From Cyanobacteria bacterium P01_C01_bin.120 (GTDB taxonomy: Bacteria; Cyanobacteriota; Cyanobacteriia; Phormidesmidales; Phormidesmidaceae), in the NCBI GenBank assembly GCA_039027715.1, contig JBCCJU010000004.1:80-64079 (forward strand): DNA of 64,000 nt, written 5' to 3'. Each line of letters opens with the position of its first letter. The stretch's first letter is position 1. Made by a program: the position numbers and the translations under genes. Under the pieces are notes generated by a model, which did not search any database, was not told where the DNA came from, and saw only the letters and a program-made list of their open reading frames with translations. This document shows, in pieces, positions 18,433 to 28,962 of the stretch.

Positions 18433-19794
18433 TCACGGCTTGCTGTTATCGTCGATCGCTTCAGCATCAGCTAGGCCCGCGTAGGTATAGCCAAGCTGAC
18501 GAAAATCTAAGACGTCTTGCGCGCGGACAATCTTGCTAGGGGCCGGGGCAATAAACAGGGCCGTCAGATTCGCGTCTTCAGGGCCGTAGCTGCCGGGCGA
18601 AGATAGCCCGCCATCCCAGGGCCACATTGGGTCCGATAAATTATGGCCAAAGGGCCGATCGCTGGCAGGATAAAAGCGATCACTGCTGTGCCCTTCGTCT
18701 TGCCACTGCGCCCAGAGCCGGTCCACATTGGCATGGTGGAGCCAGAAAATCGGATCGTAAGGCGAGCAGGGAATGCTATCCATCGTGCCTAAAATGTCGG
18801 TTTGGTGGGCAATGCCTTGAGTCCAATCCGTCCAGTCAACCTGACTGCCGCCGATAATCGAGTGGGCAAAGGCATGGAGTGCCCAGCCGGGAACATAGTC
18901 GGCGCGATCGCTGGTTTTATCCGGCACCAGCGCCCCTTCAAGCAGCGCATTGAATACCTCGTAGTTGTCAGTCTCAAAGAGGCTGGCGATTGCGCTTTGA
19001 GGTAAGGGATAGCGATCGAACGGTGGCAGCGTCGAAAATCTCAGCAGGTGAGGGCCGAGCGATTCTAGAGTCATTGCATCAAAGTGGAGCGTTTCGTTGA
19101 GCTGCCACGCGGCAAAGAGGCCCGTTTTCACCTCGCCGCCTTCAAAGCGACCGTGCTCAGGAACGTTCACAAAGGTGCCTTGCCCGGATGTGCCCAGGAA
19201 ATCTGCTTGCAGCATCACGTTCAGCGCCTCTGGATCGGTCCAGTCCCAGTAAGGCACGGTGACGCTTGCATCAACGGTCTGCAGCGCCTGCTCAAAATCG
19301 AGCAGAAACTGCCGATGCCAGGGTAAAAATGCCGGATAGCTGTGGGCCGGGTTGCCGCGAGCGGGCCCGGTAGCTCCCAGACGCTGTCGAAACCCCATGG
19401 TCAAAATGTGCTGCACCACAAACTGTTCATAGAGGCTGAGCTGCGAGCCTTCAGGGTAGGTTGATTGCAGAGCGTTGACGGCATTGACAAAAGCGGACTT
19501 CTCCGCTGGGGTAAGTGTGGTTACACTTTTGCGGATTTGGCGAGCCTGGGTCGGTGAAAGATTGGGAAAAACCAGCTCTGGCCCTGGAGCATCCGGTGGC
19601 GGCGGATAGTAAACGCTGGAGTTATCGCGCAGTTGAGAAAGGGCAATGATAGCGATCGCCACCAGCAAAATTACGCCGGCAAAAACCCGCAGTGTCAGCC
19701 TCTTGGAAAATGGAAATGTAGAACTCAGTTTTTGGAGCACAGTTAAAGTAGCTTCTCCACAAGACTTTTTACCGCCACTGTCTAGATGGCGCAA
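18433..19794 (-). CDS. Tyrosinase family (type-3 dicopper) protein with N-terminal membrane anchor
   Basis: CuA site AHSYPAFLPWHR, PYWDW, and CuB site HAFAH...DPIFWLHHANVDRLW. The start position is uncertain. Confidence 0.92.
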   Translation of the reverse strand: MRHLDSGGKKSCGEATLTVLQKLSSTFPFSKRLTLRVFAGVILLVAIAIIALSQLRDNSSVYYPPPPDAPGPELVFPNLSPTQARQIRKSVTTLTPAEKSAFVNAVNALQSTYPEGSQLSLYEQFVVQHILTMGFRQRLGATGPARGNPAHSYPAFLPWHRQFLLDFEQALQTVDASVTVPYWDWTDPEALNVMLQADFLGTSGQGTFVNVPEHGRFEGGEVKTGLFAAWQLNETLHFDAMTLESLGPHLLRFSTLPPFDRYPLPQSAIASLFETDNYEVFNALLEGALVPDKTSDRADYVPGWALHAFAHSIIGGSQVDWTDWTQGIAHQTDILGTMDSIPCSPYDPIFWLHHANVDRLWAQWQDEGHSSDRFYPASDRPFGHNLSDPMWPWDGGLSSPGSYGPEDANLTALFIAPAPSKIVRAQDVLDFRQLGYTYAGLADAEAIDDNSKP

Positions 19795-20198
19795 TCGGAG
19801 GTTAGGTTTGGGAAAAACAAGGTCACTTTCGTTTCACCCGATGATTTCACTGCCCAAGCAACTTCTAAGCTATCCAGAAGATTGTGATCGGAACGTCTAT
19901 GAAGTCCGAGCAAGGTGCGAGCAGCGACTCTTTCCATTAGAAGTCTTGCAGAACTACTCTGCCACCATCAAGCCTAAATCAGTCTTTTTTGCGGTTGATC
20001 GAGATGCTGAAGAAAAAATCACTGCATTCATTGAACAGGCGTTATGAGAGGACTGGCTGTAGATGAGCAGGAATGACCAGGGATTAAAGTTTATTCTGCT
20101 TGGGCTTGAAGATTTACGCAATGATCAATTCGCATTGGAATTATTGTTCATGCAAGCAGTCTAGATTTATCGGCTAGCGAGCATTTATCGACCATGAA

Positions 20199-20633
20199 TT
20201 ACTCTTCAATAGGGCTGGGAGCTTCGCGCTCAGTCACTTGTCCTTGACTGATGAAGGCTCCTTCCTTAAAGAGAAAGCATGGTAGAGAGTCATCGTTTAG
20301 CAAAAACAATGTCCATGTGGCCTCTGCCTCACTAAGAATGCCATCATCGTTACCGTCTTCAGGCAAATTGCGATAAACATACCCTGCTGGAATCACCGTG
20401 CGATCGACGGGTTGATCAACGAAGACAATTGCTTTTTCTCGCCAAAAAACGCGAATTTGATAGTCAGCGGCGGTGTTTGCCAATGAATTGTCACGATAGA
20501 CATTGACAGCGAATCCGGGCAACTCACAATAAGCGATGCTTTCTTCCGCCTGGGACGCCTCGATAAGTGGCGGTGTGGCTGTCCCTAACAACAAGCATCC
20601 AGAGAGTAAAGCAATTGTATGTTGTTTGTGCAT
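20199..20633 (-). CDS. Hypothetical secreted protein
   Basis: 144-aa ORF with a signal-peptide-like N-terminus and no recognised family. Confidence 0.7.
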   Translation of the reverse strand: MHKQHTIALLSGCLLLGTATPPLIEASQAEESIAYCELPGFAVNVYRDNSLANTAADYQIRVFWREKAIVFVDQPVDRTVIPAGYVYRNLPEDGNDDGILSEAEATWTLFLLNDDSLPCFLFKEGAFISQGQVTEREAPSPIEE

Positions 20634-20966
20634 GACAGGTCTCCATCAAATAGTGAAATAGTCCAAATCAAGCTCATTACGTAGCCCATACCCATTGCCG
20701 TCTGCCAATAACATTTGCACCGTCAAACCAACCGGACGATTAAGGTGCTTCCAACCGATAATGACTTATGGCTCCGAGTGGGACTAAAGTTCGCCAGTCA
20801 AGACGATTGAGAATGAAGCTATCTATCGGAAACTCAACACATTGACAGAAAAGCTTTTGACGGCCATGAACATATCGTCATGGGAGGCCGGATAGAGCTT
20901 GCTGGGCGGATCGCTGCTCTTGATTGCGTATTGCTGACTGCAACTTTCTAAAAAGAGAGAGCGCCA

Positions 20967-21893
20967 TTAGCGATCGGCGCCGCCCCAAGCCCCTTGCACG
21001 TTGATGAGCCCCGCCAGGCTGCCCAATCCCCGGTAAATATAAATAATTGATTTTGCTCGCCGATGCTGCCCCAAAAATAAGTTGGGTAATAGTGAAAGCA
21101 CTCCCATTAGAACCAATAGACAACCTTTAATGAATCTTTGACTCTGCACAAATAAGGAAGGGAAATGCTGCTTCTCTAGCAGACTGTGGGAACTCCAGCC
21201 ATAATAATTGCGATCGAGCAGCCATTTCAGACGAGTTCGAGACTCAGGAATAAACTCATATACTATCGCTTCGCTACACCAAATAATCTTGGCGCCTTGC
21301 TTAAATAAATTCATAAAGAGATGGGCGTCTTCGGAACCGCGGAACGCAAATCTATCATCGAAAGGCTTGTCGATTTTACGAATTTCTTTACTGCTGACTA
21401 ACGTATTATTGGTAAAAGCAACTTCCATTACTTTGCCAGTTTCATGTTCCCTAGGAGAAAAGAAGCCACCCTGAATAATCCAATCAGGAGCTGCTTGCTC
21501 AAACTTGGGAAATACTGGTCCCGTTACCACATCAGCTTGATAATTTATCTGGCACTCTAACAGCGCTTCCAACCATTGCGGAGACGGGACTTCATCGTCA
21601 TCAATAAAGACCAGGAATTCTGATTCCTTAGCCGCTAAACTGAGTGAGCAGTTGCGGGCAAAAGTGACGCCCTGCTGCGCTTCTATACCGTACACCAAAG
21701 ACCATTTAAAGCTAGGCTTAACGCTTTCATAAATTGCTTTTGCTGAACCTTCTTGATCATTATCGGCAATGACAACTTCAATTTTTGGTGGCTCCATGAC
21801 GCTAAAGCGCTGTTCGTTGAGCCCTTCTAGCAGTCGCAATAGTCCAGTTGGTCTTTTATAAGTGGCGATGCAGATAGAAATAGAAGTCGTCAT
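20967..21893 (-). CDS. Glycosyltransferase family 2 (ExoM-like)
   Basis: ISICIATYKRP, VIADND, FIDDDE (DxD motif), GSEDAHLF. Confidence 0.92.
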   Translation of the reverse strand: MTTSISICIATYKRPTGLLRLLEGLNEQRFSVMEPPKIEVVIADNDQEGSAKAIYESVKPSFKWSLVYGIEAQQGVTFARNCSLSLAAKESEFLVFIDDDEVPSPQWLEALLECQINYQADVVTGPVFPKFEQAAPDWIIQGGFFSPREHETGKVMEVAFTNNTLVSSKEIRKIDKPFDDRFAFRGSEDAHLFMNLFKQGAKIIWCSEAIVYEFIPESRTRLKWLLDRNYYGWSSHSLLEKQHFPSLFVQSQRFIKGCLLVLMGVLSLLPNLFLGQHRRAKSIIYIYRGLGSLAGLINVQGAWGGADR

Positions 21894-22028
21894 TGGTTAA
21901 ACATATGTGGTTGTCGATAGAGATAAAACGAGCTAAAAGCTGGGTATTTATGTTTTAGAAAGTGTTAGCTGAAGATTGGCAAAACTCTGGGGAGTAAACC
22001 GCGGATTGACTATACTCGGGTTTTTAAT

Positions 22029-23942
22029 TTAGCTCGAACTTTCTTGAAAGTTTGATAATAGTTGAAGATAGGGCGCTTGATAGGTAATTGAAGGTTCTGA
22101 AAGTTCCCAGGTAAAAAGGTCGGAATCATTTTTGTCTAAGTATGCCCGCATAGGTGGCAAGTCTGCCAATTCTTCCGCCGGGCCGGTGTAGTTGCCATTA
22201 GGACCGCCCGTTAAATATCCCGGTGCAGGACCACTGGGCGAAGTTTTGGCATTATCATAAATGCCGCCGCCAAACCACTCGTGAAACATTTCATTGGCCG
22301 AAAATTCTGCTTCATAGTCATACATATTAGTCAGGTAGACAATGCCCAAAGGATTGACGCCGTGCAAGTAATGAAGATATCCGAGGGCCTGGTCGAGATA
22401 CATCTGGGCAATCTGCTCGCCATTAGCAAAGGAGTGAAGCGCGTAGTTGATATTGCCAAAATTACTTTTCACCGCATTGCTGCCCCAGTGATACTGGTTC
22501 TCTGGCATAAATGCTCGATAGGGAGCGCGCGATAGAGTGTCATTGAAAAGTGGCGGTAACTGATCGAAAAAGAGCTGCGAAAGGGCTGCGGTGATTTCTT
22601 GCTTGAGGTCGGGAAGCGCCATTTCTGACTCGCTGTAGAACAGCAGCGCGTCTACGATCGCCGATCCATAGAGCACTCCAACGGAGTCGGAAAATGGCCG
22701 CGTTTCTCGAAAATGCTCGCGAATGTAGTCAGAAAACTGTGAATCAGAGGTCAATTCAGATAAGTAAATAGCCGCTAATACGGCCAGTTCAGTTTGCTCA
22801 GTCGGCGTGCGATCGGCATCCCCCGCCTTAATTTCTTGGCTATCGCACTCGGTTTGAATCGGGTTGTTGCGAAACCATTCCCAAGCCTGCAGTGATTCGC
22901 CTTTCAAGGTGTCAGCGAGCGATTGCAGCTGTGGAATATCGGCAAAAACCAGTGACGCATGGGCAAAGGTGCTAGCCACCGAAACCGTTGAGGAAGAGCA
23001 TTTTGGCGCATAAAATCGAGGCCGCTGATCGCGGCTGGGCTTGCTGGCCGCATTGTGATCTAAGGTGCCAACTTTGATAAAAACTCCACCGTCATCATCC
23101 TGCATGCGCTGAAACCATTCGAGCTCATAGCGAATCTCGTCAAGTAGATCCGGCACGCTATTGTCGGACTCCGGAATATTGAAATCGTCGGTCCAAACGG
23201 CAGGGTTGTGGCTGTAGGCAGTCAGTAATTGGTGAAGGGGCTGCGCCGCAAAGGTGACGTATTTGTTAGTGTCGCCCGCATCAAACCAGCCGCCGTGTAG
23301 ATCCCGGGCCAAACTGGCGTTGTCTTTATCGTTCACAAAGCGCGCTTCGGTGTCTTGGTCGGCTCCCATAAAGGCTGGTTTATCAGTCCACCGGGCGTCG
23401 GCATAGGGCGGCTGTTTTTCAAAGCCACTGCGCTGGTAATAATACATGCGAGTCGCCGTCGTCAAAATATCGTGGTAGACATCTTCAGCGATCGCGAACG
23501 GAACCGACACTTCTTTGGTACGAGCGTTACGGATAAAGTATTCGCCAGGCTCTTGCACGGCGGAAAAATCAAACCAGGCAACGCGATCGCCCGATAAATC
23601 ATCAATTTCACCATTCTCCCAGGGATGAGCAGCGACTTCAAAAATGACGGCTCTCGGGTTGTCAACGCTAAGCACCTGGAAGGTGTCGCTCAAGTGACGA
23701 TACCGCTCGGGCTCATCTTCCGCAGTGGCGTTGGGCTGATGAATCACGGCAACTTTGGCATCATTGGGCCGATAGCCAAACTGATCGACTAAAATCAGCG
23801 GCGGCGTATTTGATAGAGAATATTGATAGGCTCCACAGCCGCCAAAAACAACCACGGCGATCGCGCTGATGCTGCCCAGCAAGGCGAATATCCATCTATT
23901 TTCACGTCTTTTCATTGACCAGAAAATTTGCCCAAAATTCAT
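22029..23942 (-). CDS. Glycoside hydrolase family 9 (cellulase-type) with N-terminal Ig-like domain and lipoprotein/TM anchor
   Basis: VDQFGYRPND, DLHGGWFDAGDTNKY, HGVNP, and C-terminal WELSEPSITYQAP. Confidence 0.92.
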   Translation of the reverse strand: MNFGQIFWSMKRRENRWIFALLGSISAIAVVVFGGCGAYQYSLSNTPPLILVDQFGYRPNDAKVAVIHQPNATAEDEPERYRHLSDTFQVLSVDNPRAVIFEVAAHPWENGEIDDLSGDRVAWFDFSAVQEPGEYFIRNARTKEVSVPFAIAEDVYHDILTTATRMYYYQRSGFEKQPPYADARWTDKPAFMGADQDTEARFVNDKDNASLARDLHGGWFDAGDTNKYVTFAAQPLHQLLTAYSHNPAVWTDDFNIPESDNSVPDLLDEIRYELEWFQRMQDDDGGVFIKVGTLDHNAASKPSRDQRPRFYAPKCSSSTVSVASTFAHASLVFADIPQLQSLADTLKGESLQAWEWFRNNPIQTECDSQEIKAGDADRTPTEQTELAVLAAIYLSELTSDSQFSDYIREHFRETRPFSDSVGVLYGSAIVDALLFYSESEMALPDLKQEITAALSQLFFDQLPPLFNDTLSRAPYRAFMPENQYHWGSNAVKSNFGNINYALHSFANGEQIAQMYLDQALGYLHYLHGVNPLGIVYLTNMYDYEAEFSANEMFHEWFGGGIYDNAKTSPSGPAPGYLTGGPNGNYTGPAEELADLPPMRAYLDKNDSDLFTWELSEPSITYQAPYLQLLSNFQESSS

Positions 23943-24378
23943 AGTAAATAGAGCCGCATTGATTGAATTTAATTTAATAATGCAAATCTGCGATTGCCTT
24001 TAAATCACTGTTTTAGCCGAGTATTAATCGCAAATTTATCGACTCAAAAGCTCTGCCAGAGACCTGATTGCTGCCAAGTTCAACGGTAGTGTGGAAAATT
24101 TCAGGAGTTAATTTACCGCACAGAGCTAGCAGCGTTATTTCTAATAATTACCGAAGTTATTTTGCAATATCCTAAGACTTGGACAAGCCATTTTTGCTTT
24201 ACCGTCTAGAGTATACTTCAGGAATCTAAACCATTGACAGTCAGCTCTTTCGTGGTTTTCATTAAAAATACGGAGTCAAAAATAAAGCTTCAGTAAAGTT
24301 AGGCGTCATCCCTTGTCATAGGGCAACAGAACCTCCGCAATTATTTGACTCGATTCCTGTAAATGACGCGATCGCTCC

Positions 24379-26292
24379 CTAGGTTTCCAGCATTTGCAGC
24401 TTATACAAACTGGCATAAAGGCCATCTTGGGCCAAGAGGGATTCGTGATTCCCCTGTTCGATGAGCTCACCTTGTTTTAGAACCAAAATGCGATCCACGT
24501 TGCGAATCGTTGAAAGTCGGTGGGCAATGATGATGGCCGTGCGATCTACGAGCAACTTTTCGAGGGCATCTTGAATCAGAGCTTCAGTGCCGACATCAAG
24601 ATTTGCCGTAGCTTCATCCAAAATCAGAATACTGGGATTGCGAACTGCCGCCCGGGCGAAGGCCAATAGCTGCTTTTGTCCGCCGGAGAGGTTAGTCCCG
24701 CGTTCTCTCAGCCGCGTGTCATAGCCTTGGGGCAACTGTTCAATAAACGGGGCTACGTTAGTTTTTTCGGCGGCGGCGCGAATGGTGGCGAGAGAATAGT
24801 CTTCGCCTAAAGCAATGTTGCTTTTAATATCGCCAGCAAACAAAAAGCCGTCTTGCAGGATGACGGCCATCCGTTGTCGCAGTTCAGCCTGGGGCAGGTC
24901 ACGAATGTTGACGCCATCGAGCAAAATCTGTCCCTGGCTCACATCATAAAGGCGACAGAGCAGCCGAATAATCGAGCTTTTACCGGCGCCAGTGGGGCCG
25001 ACCAGCGCCACTTTCTCGCCGGGGCGAACGGTGAAATCTAAATCTTTGAGTACGTATTCATCAGATTTGTAGCCGAATAACACATGTTCAAAACGAATTT
25101 CGGCGGCTGCAACGGGAGCCTGAATGCTGTCGGCGATGGCTTGAGGCGCGATCGCGGCGTGGCTGGAGCCATTAAACCGAACTGAGGAGGGGATTGAGGC
25201 CACAGCCGGTTGGGAAGCTGGCTCTAGTTCCGGATCTTTGATTTCGATGGGGACGCTGAACAGATCGGTGATCCGCTCGACGGCGGTAAACCCCGCTTGG
25301 ATGGAGGTAAATTTATCGGCAAACTGCCGCAGCGGATCAAATAGTCGTTGGGCGTAAAGAATAAATGTGGTCAATACGCCGAAGGTCAGGGCGTCCTGCA
25401 TGACCAAGTAGCCGCCGAGCCAGAGCACACCGGCGATCGCCACTAGGGATATCCACTCCAGCGTTGAGGACACGGCAGAATCGTGAAAAATTGTGGCGTC
25501 AACGGCCCGCACATACTGATTGTTCGTATGGCGAAACGCTTCAGCGTTGTAACGTTCACGACGAAACATCTGCACCACTTCGATGCCCATGATGTTCTCT
25601 TGCAGAGTGGCATTGAGTTCAGACAGTTTTTCCCGAGCCCGATAGTTCGCTTTGCGATATTGCTGCTGAAAATAGATAGTCAGCCAAGTGACCGGCAGCA
25701 GCAGCGCCATCAACAACAGCGCTAGCTGCCACTGCCGCCAAAACATCGCCACTGCAATGACAACGATGGAAAAGATATCGCTAAAAATGCCCACTGCCCC
25801 CGTCGAAAAGACGTCGCCCAGCGCATCGACATCGCTGGTGAGGCGCGTAATTAGTTTGCCGATGGGGGTGCGATCAAAAAAGCGTACCGCCAGTGACGTG
25901 ACATGGGCAAATAGGTCATTGCGAATGTTTGCCGTGACTTGCTGTCCTACCTTTTGAACCAAAAAGCTTTGCCAACCATCCAGCGTCAAGCGCACCATCA
26001 CAGTCAGCAGCAGCAGCGCCACCAAAATATTCAGGCCCCCCTGCAGCGTTCGGTCTTCAAGGAACCAAGCCACTGGCTCTTGGCGAATCAGCGAAATCGC
26101 TTGACCGATCAGCAGCGGCTGCAGGGCATTGGCCAAAGACAGCGGTATCAGTAGTAGAAAGGGCAGCCACAAAGCCCGCCGCTGGGCGCGAATGTAGGGC
26201 CATAGACGCAAAAATAAGCGCCAGTCGTTATCCACACTCGCTGATTTCTGGCGATGGTCGGGGGGCGGAGAAGAAGTGGTCGCTACAGTCAT
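24379..26292 (-). CDS. ABC transporter, fused permease/ATP-binding protein (MsbA/MdlB-like)
   Basis: GPTGAGKS, LSGGQKQ, ILDEAT, IAHRLST. Start moved to ATG 26292. Confidence 0.95.
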   Translation of the reverse strand: MTVATTSSPPPDHRQKSASVDNDWRLFLRLWPYIRAQRRALWLPFLLLIPLSLANALQPLLIGQAISLIRQEPVAWFLEDRTLQGGLNILVALLLLTVMVRLTLDGWQSFLVQKVGQQVTANIRNDLFAHVTSLAVRFFDRTPIGKLITRLTSDVDALGDVFSTGAVGIFSDIFSIVVIAVAMFWRQWQLALLLMALLLPVTWLTIYFQQQYRKANYRAREKLSELNATLQENIMGIEVVQMFRRERYNAEAFRHTNNQYVRAVDATIFHDSAVSSTLEWISLVAIAGVLWLGGYLVMQDALTFGVLTTFILYAQRLFDPLRQFADKFTSIQAGFTAVERITDLFSVPIEIKDPELEPASQPAVASIPSSVRFNGSSHAAIAPQAIADSIQAPVAAAEIRFEHVLFGYKSDEYVLKDLDFTVRPGEKVALVGPTGAGKSSIIRLLCRLYDVSQGQILLDGVNIRDLPQAELRQRMAVILQDGFLFAGDIKSNIALGEDYSLATIRAAAEKTNVAPFIEQLPQGYDTRLRERGTNLSGGQKQLLAFARAAVRNPSILILDEATANLDVGTEALIQDALEKLLVDRTAIIIAHRLSTIRNVDRILVLKQGELIEQGNHESLLAQDGLYASLYKLQMLET

Positions 26293-26427
26293 AAACAGAG
26301 TCGGTGCGATCGCTCGCCCGGTTGCCAATATCAAAAAAATCACATATTCCGCCTAGGCGGCACTGTGCTCTGCTCACACTGTATCGCAGGTTACTAACCG
26401 ATGGCTGGCGTTGAGCGGCCACTGGCG

Positions 26428-27072
26428 TCAGGCGGTCACCAGAGAAGGCGATCGCAGCGCTTGAATCACCTCTGCCAGCCCGTCCGGATTAACGCGATAG
26501 CTGATGGGATGGGCAATCAGGCGGGCGGTGCTTTCATACAGCACATCCAGCTCGGTCAAGTTATTCTCCTGCAGAGTGCGCCCGGTCGAGACTAAATCGA
26601 CAATCGCCTCTGACATGCCCGTAATCGGCCCCAGTTCCACCGAGCCATAAAGCGGCACGATATCTACTGGCAAATCAATGCCTTGAAAAAACTCGCGGGC
26701 GCAGTTGACAAATTTTGAGGCTACGCGGCAGTGCGCCGGCAAATCAATGGCAGCGCGATAGGGACTGCTAGCTTTAACGGCAACCGACATGCGACAGTGC
26801 CCGAACGCTAAATCCGCTAGCTGGGCCACATCAGCCTGCTTTTCGCGCAAAACGTCGTAGCCTACGATGCCTAGCTGCGCTTGACCATATTCCACATAAA
26901 CTGGCACATCTTGCGCCCGCACCAGTAATCCCCGAGCCTGCCCGCCGGGTGCCGTAATTTGCAGTTGGCGATTTGATTTGTCGAGAAAGGCACTAAAGTC
27001 CAGGCCAATGGCTTGGAAGCGAGCGATGCTTTCGTTCAGGAGCGCCCCTTTGGGCAAGGCGATGGTCAGCAT
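26428..27072 (-). CDS. hisG: ATP phosphoribosyltransferase, short form
   Basis: [40 protein letters not shown]. Start moved to 27072. Confidence 0.96.
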   Translation of the reverse strand: MLTIALPKGALLNESIARFQAIGLDFSAFLDKSNRQLQITAPGGQARGLLVRAQDVPVYVEYGQAQLGIVGYDVLREKQADVAQLADLAFGHCRMSVAVKASSPYRAAIDLPAHCRVASKFVNCAREFFQGIDLPVDIVPLYGSVELGPITGMSEAIVDLVSTGRTLQENNLTELDVLYESTARLIAHPISYRVNPDGLAEVIQALRSPSLVTA

Positions 27073-27263
27073 GGCAACAGGTCGATAGGCTGAAAAGATC
27101 CTATAGCAGAATGCGAAGAATAAAGCGTGAAGAACCAGAAGCGAAAACCCCAAAATTAATAACGGCGTGCCATGATCTAATCCCGCAAAGCACGCGATTT
27201 CTCAGAAGGGAACGCAGGACTACCGTAGGATAAAGACAGTCTTGATCCCCATTTTGATGAACA

Positions 27264-27686
27264 ATGAACCAGCAGGCCGAAAAACTAATCCGCATGGCGG
27301 AAGATGAGCTAACGCAGTACAGCACCGATGCCCGCAAAATTGAAAAGCTGCGGCGCAAATTTGGCTTTGCGGTGCCTTACAGAGAGCAAAAGGCCATTCG
27401 CGAGCAGGTGGAGGAATCAATTCCCAGTAATTTTGTCGCCCAGCTGGTTCAACGCGATCGCCAACTGGTGGCCTTGCCGTTCTGGGGTATCGGTGGTTTG
27501 GGGCTGCTGATTGGCATTTCCTTTCGCCAACCCCTTGATATTATTGCCACCGGCATCGGCTTTTACGTAGCCTTTCAAGTGCAAAAGTGGGGCTGGGAAA
27601 TGCAGGCGAAGCGCCTAGTCATTCAGACGCTAGATGATATTGAAGCGGGAGTGCAAGCCGACCGAGCCCAGGCGGCGGACGCTTGA
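27264..27686 (+). CDS. Conserved cyanobacterial hypothetical membrane protein
   Basis: 140-aa ORF with two C-terminal hydrophobic helices. Confidence 0.75.
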   Translation: MNQQAEKLIRMAEDELTQYSTDARKIEKLRRKFGFAVPYREQKAIREQVEESIPSNFVAQLVQRDRQLVALPFWGIGGLGLLIGISFRQPLDIIATGIGFYVAFQVQKWGWEMQAKRLVIQTLDDIEAGVQADRAQAADA

Positions 27687-27941
27687 GAATTGGCCAACGT
27701 ACAGGTTATTCCGGACGCTGGAACCGAAGAACAGACTTGCGCTGAACGAAACAGTTAGCCCAAAGTTAGAAGCGGAATTTAGGGTTATCTGGGAAAATCG
27801 AAGAATGATGTAAATATTTAGTCATCTAGGCCAATCCCCTTAGCCCTCTTCGGAGGCTTAACTGTTTGCCAGATGGCTTGCCGGCTTAGCCTAACGGGCC
27901 TAGCGACGGCTTGGATTTTCAGCGACCAGTGTCATCAATTT

Positions 27942-28883
27942 ATGTCGGATTCCTCATCCAAAGTTTCAATTTACGCAGCCCTGCTGGCGAATGTGGCGAT
28001 CGCGATCGCTAAATTTGTGGGGGCGGGCATCAGCGGCAGCTCGGCCATGCTCTCAGAGGGCATTCACTCCGTGGTCGATTCCGTTAACGAAATTCTGCTG
28101 CTGTATGGTCTGAAACAAAGCGAAAAAGGCCCTGATGACCTGCATCCCCTAGGGCACGGACAGGAACTGTATTTTTGGTCGCTGGTTGTGGCCGTACTGA
28201 TTTTTTCTCTAGGCGGTGGCTTTTCAATTTATGAAGGCGTACAGGGCTTTCAAGCCGCTGAACCCTCTGCCAGTCCCGTGGTCAGCTACAGCGTGTTGGG
28301 CACAGCCGCCATTTTTGAAGCCGCAGCGCTAACGGTATCCATCCGCGAATTTAAGCATCAAAATCCGAATCGGCAGGGCAATCTCTGGACTGCAATGAAG
28401 CGCAGCAAAGATCCCAGTAGTTTTATTGTGATTTTTGAAGACGCGGCGGCGCTGTTGGGTCTGGGAGTGGCGTTTGGGGGCGTCTATCTCAGCCAAGTCA
28501 CTCAGAATACTACGTATGACGCTATTGCCTCCATCGTTATCGGTGTGATTTTGACGGTGGTGGCGATCGTTCTAGTTTCCGAAACCAAAGGGCTCTTAAT
28601 TGGCGAGAGTGCTTTGCCGGAAACTCAAGAAAGTCTGAAAGCGATTATCAAAGCGGATCAAGCGGTTGTCGGCATGGGCTCGCTGATTACCCTACATCTA
28701 GCTCCCAAAGATGTGATGTTAGCGCTCAATATTGAATTTGCCGACGATCTCTCTGCTGATGACATCGAAGCTGCCGTCTGTCGCATTGAAACTAGCATTC
28801 GCGATTCCCATGAAGAAGTGAAGCGAATTTTTATTGAAGCGGCTTCCATGCGGCTCACAGCCCAGAGCGCGGCAAAAGAATAG
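27942..28883 (+). CDS. Cation diffusion facilitator (CDF) metal exporter
   Basis: SAMLSEGIHSVVD, HPLGHGQELYFW, FEDAAALLG, and a C-terminal dimerisation domain. Start moved to 27942. Confidence 0.93.
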   Translation: MSDSSSKVSIYAALLANVAIAIAKFVGAGISGSSAMLSEGIHSVVDSVNEILLLYGLKQSEKGPDDLHPLGHGQELYFWSLVVAVLIFSLGGGFSIYEGVQGFQAAEPSASPVVSYSVLGTAAIFEAAALTVSIREFKHQNPNRQGNLWTAMKRSKDPSSFIVIFEDAAALLGLGVAFGGVYLSQVTQNTTYDAIASIVIGVILTVVAIVLVSETKGLLIGESALPETQESLKAIIKADQAVVGMGSLITLHLAPKDVMLALNIEFADDLSADDIEAAVCRIETSIRDSHEEVKRIFIEAASMRLTAQSAAKE

Positions 28884-28962
28884 TGTTGGCACACCACCAG
28901 AACGTTTCATCAATCAACCCTGAATGCCTTGTTGGCTATCATAGGCGTAGAGAACTGTACCG

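Noticed and set aside
18003-18467. 154-aa minus-strand ORF and 66-aa ORF 18210-18410 as a toxin partner for UPF0175
   Set aside because: No PIN-like acidic residue pattern, and they overlap real genes.
20690-20895. Protein-like fragments in two frames between the secreted protein and GT2 (possible pseudogene)
   Set aside because: Interrupted by stops, and I could not assign them to any family.
27805-27826. Possible SmtB/Zur operator upstream of the CDF gene (TAAATATTTA core)
   Set aside because: Only an AT-only 10-bp palindrome. The flanks do not pair symmetrically and it does not match the Zur box.
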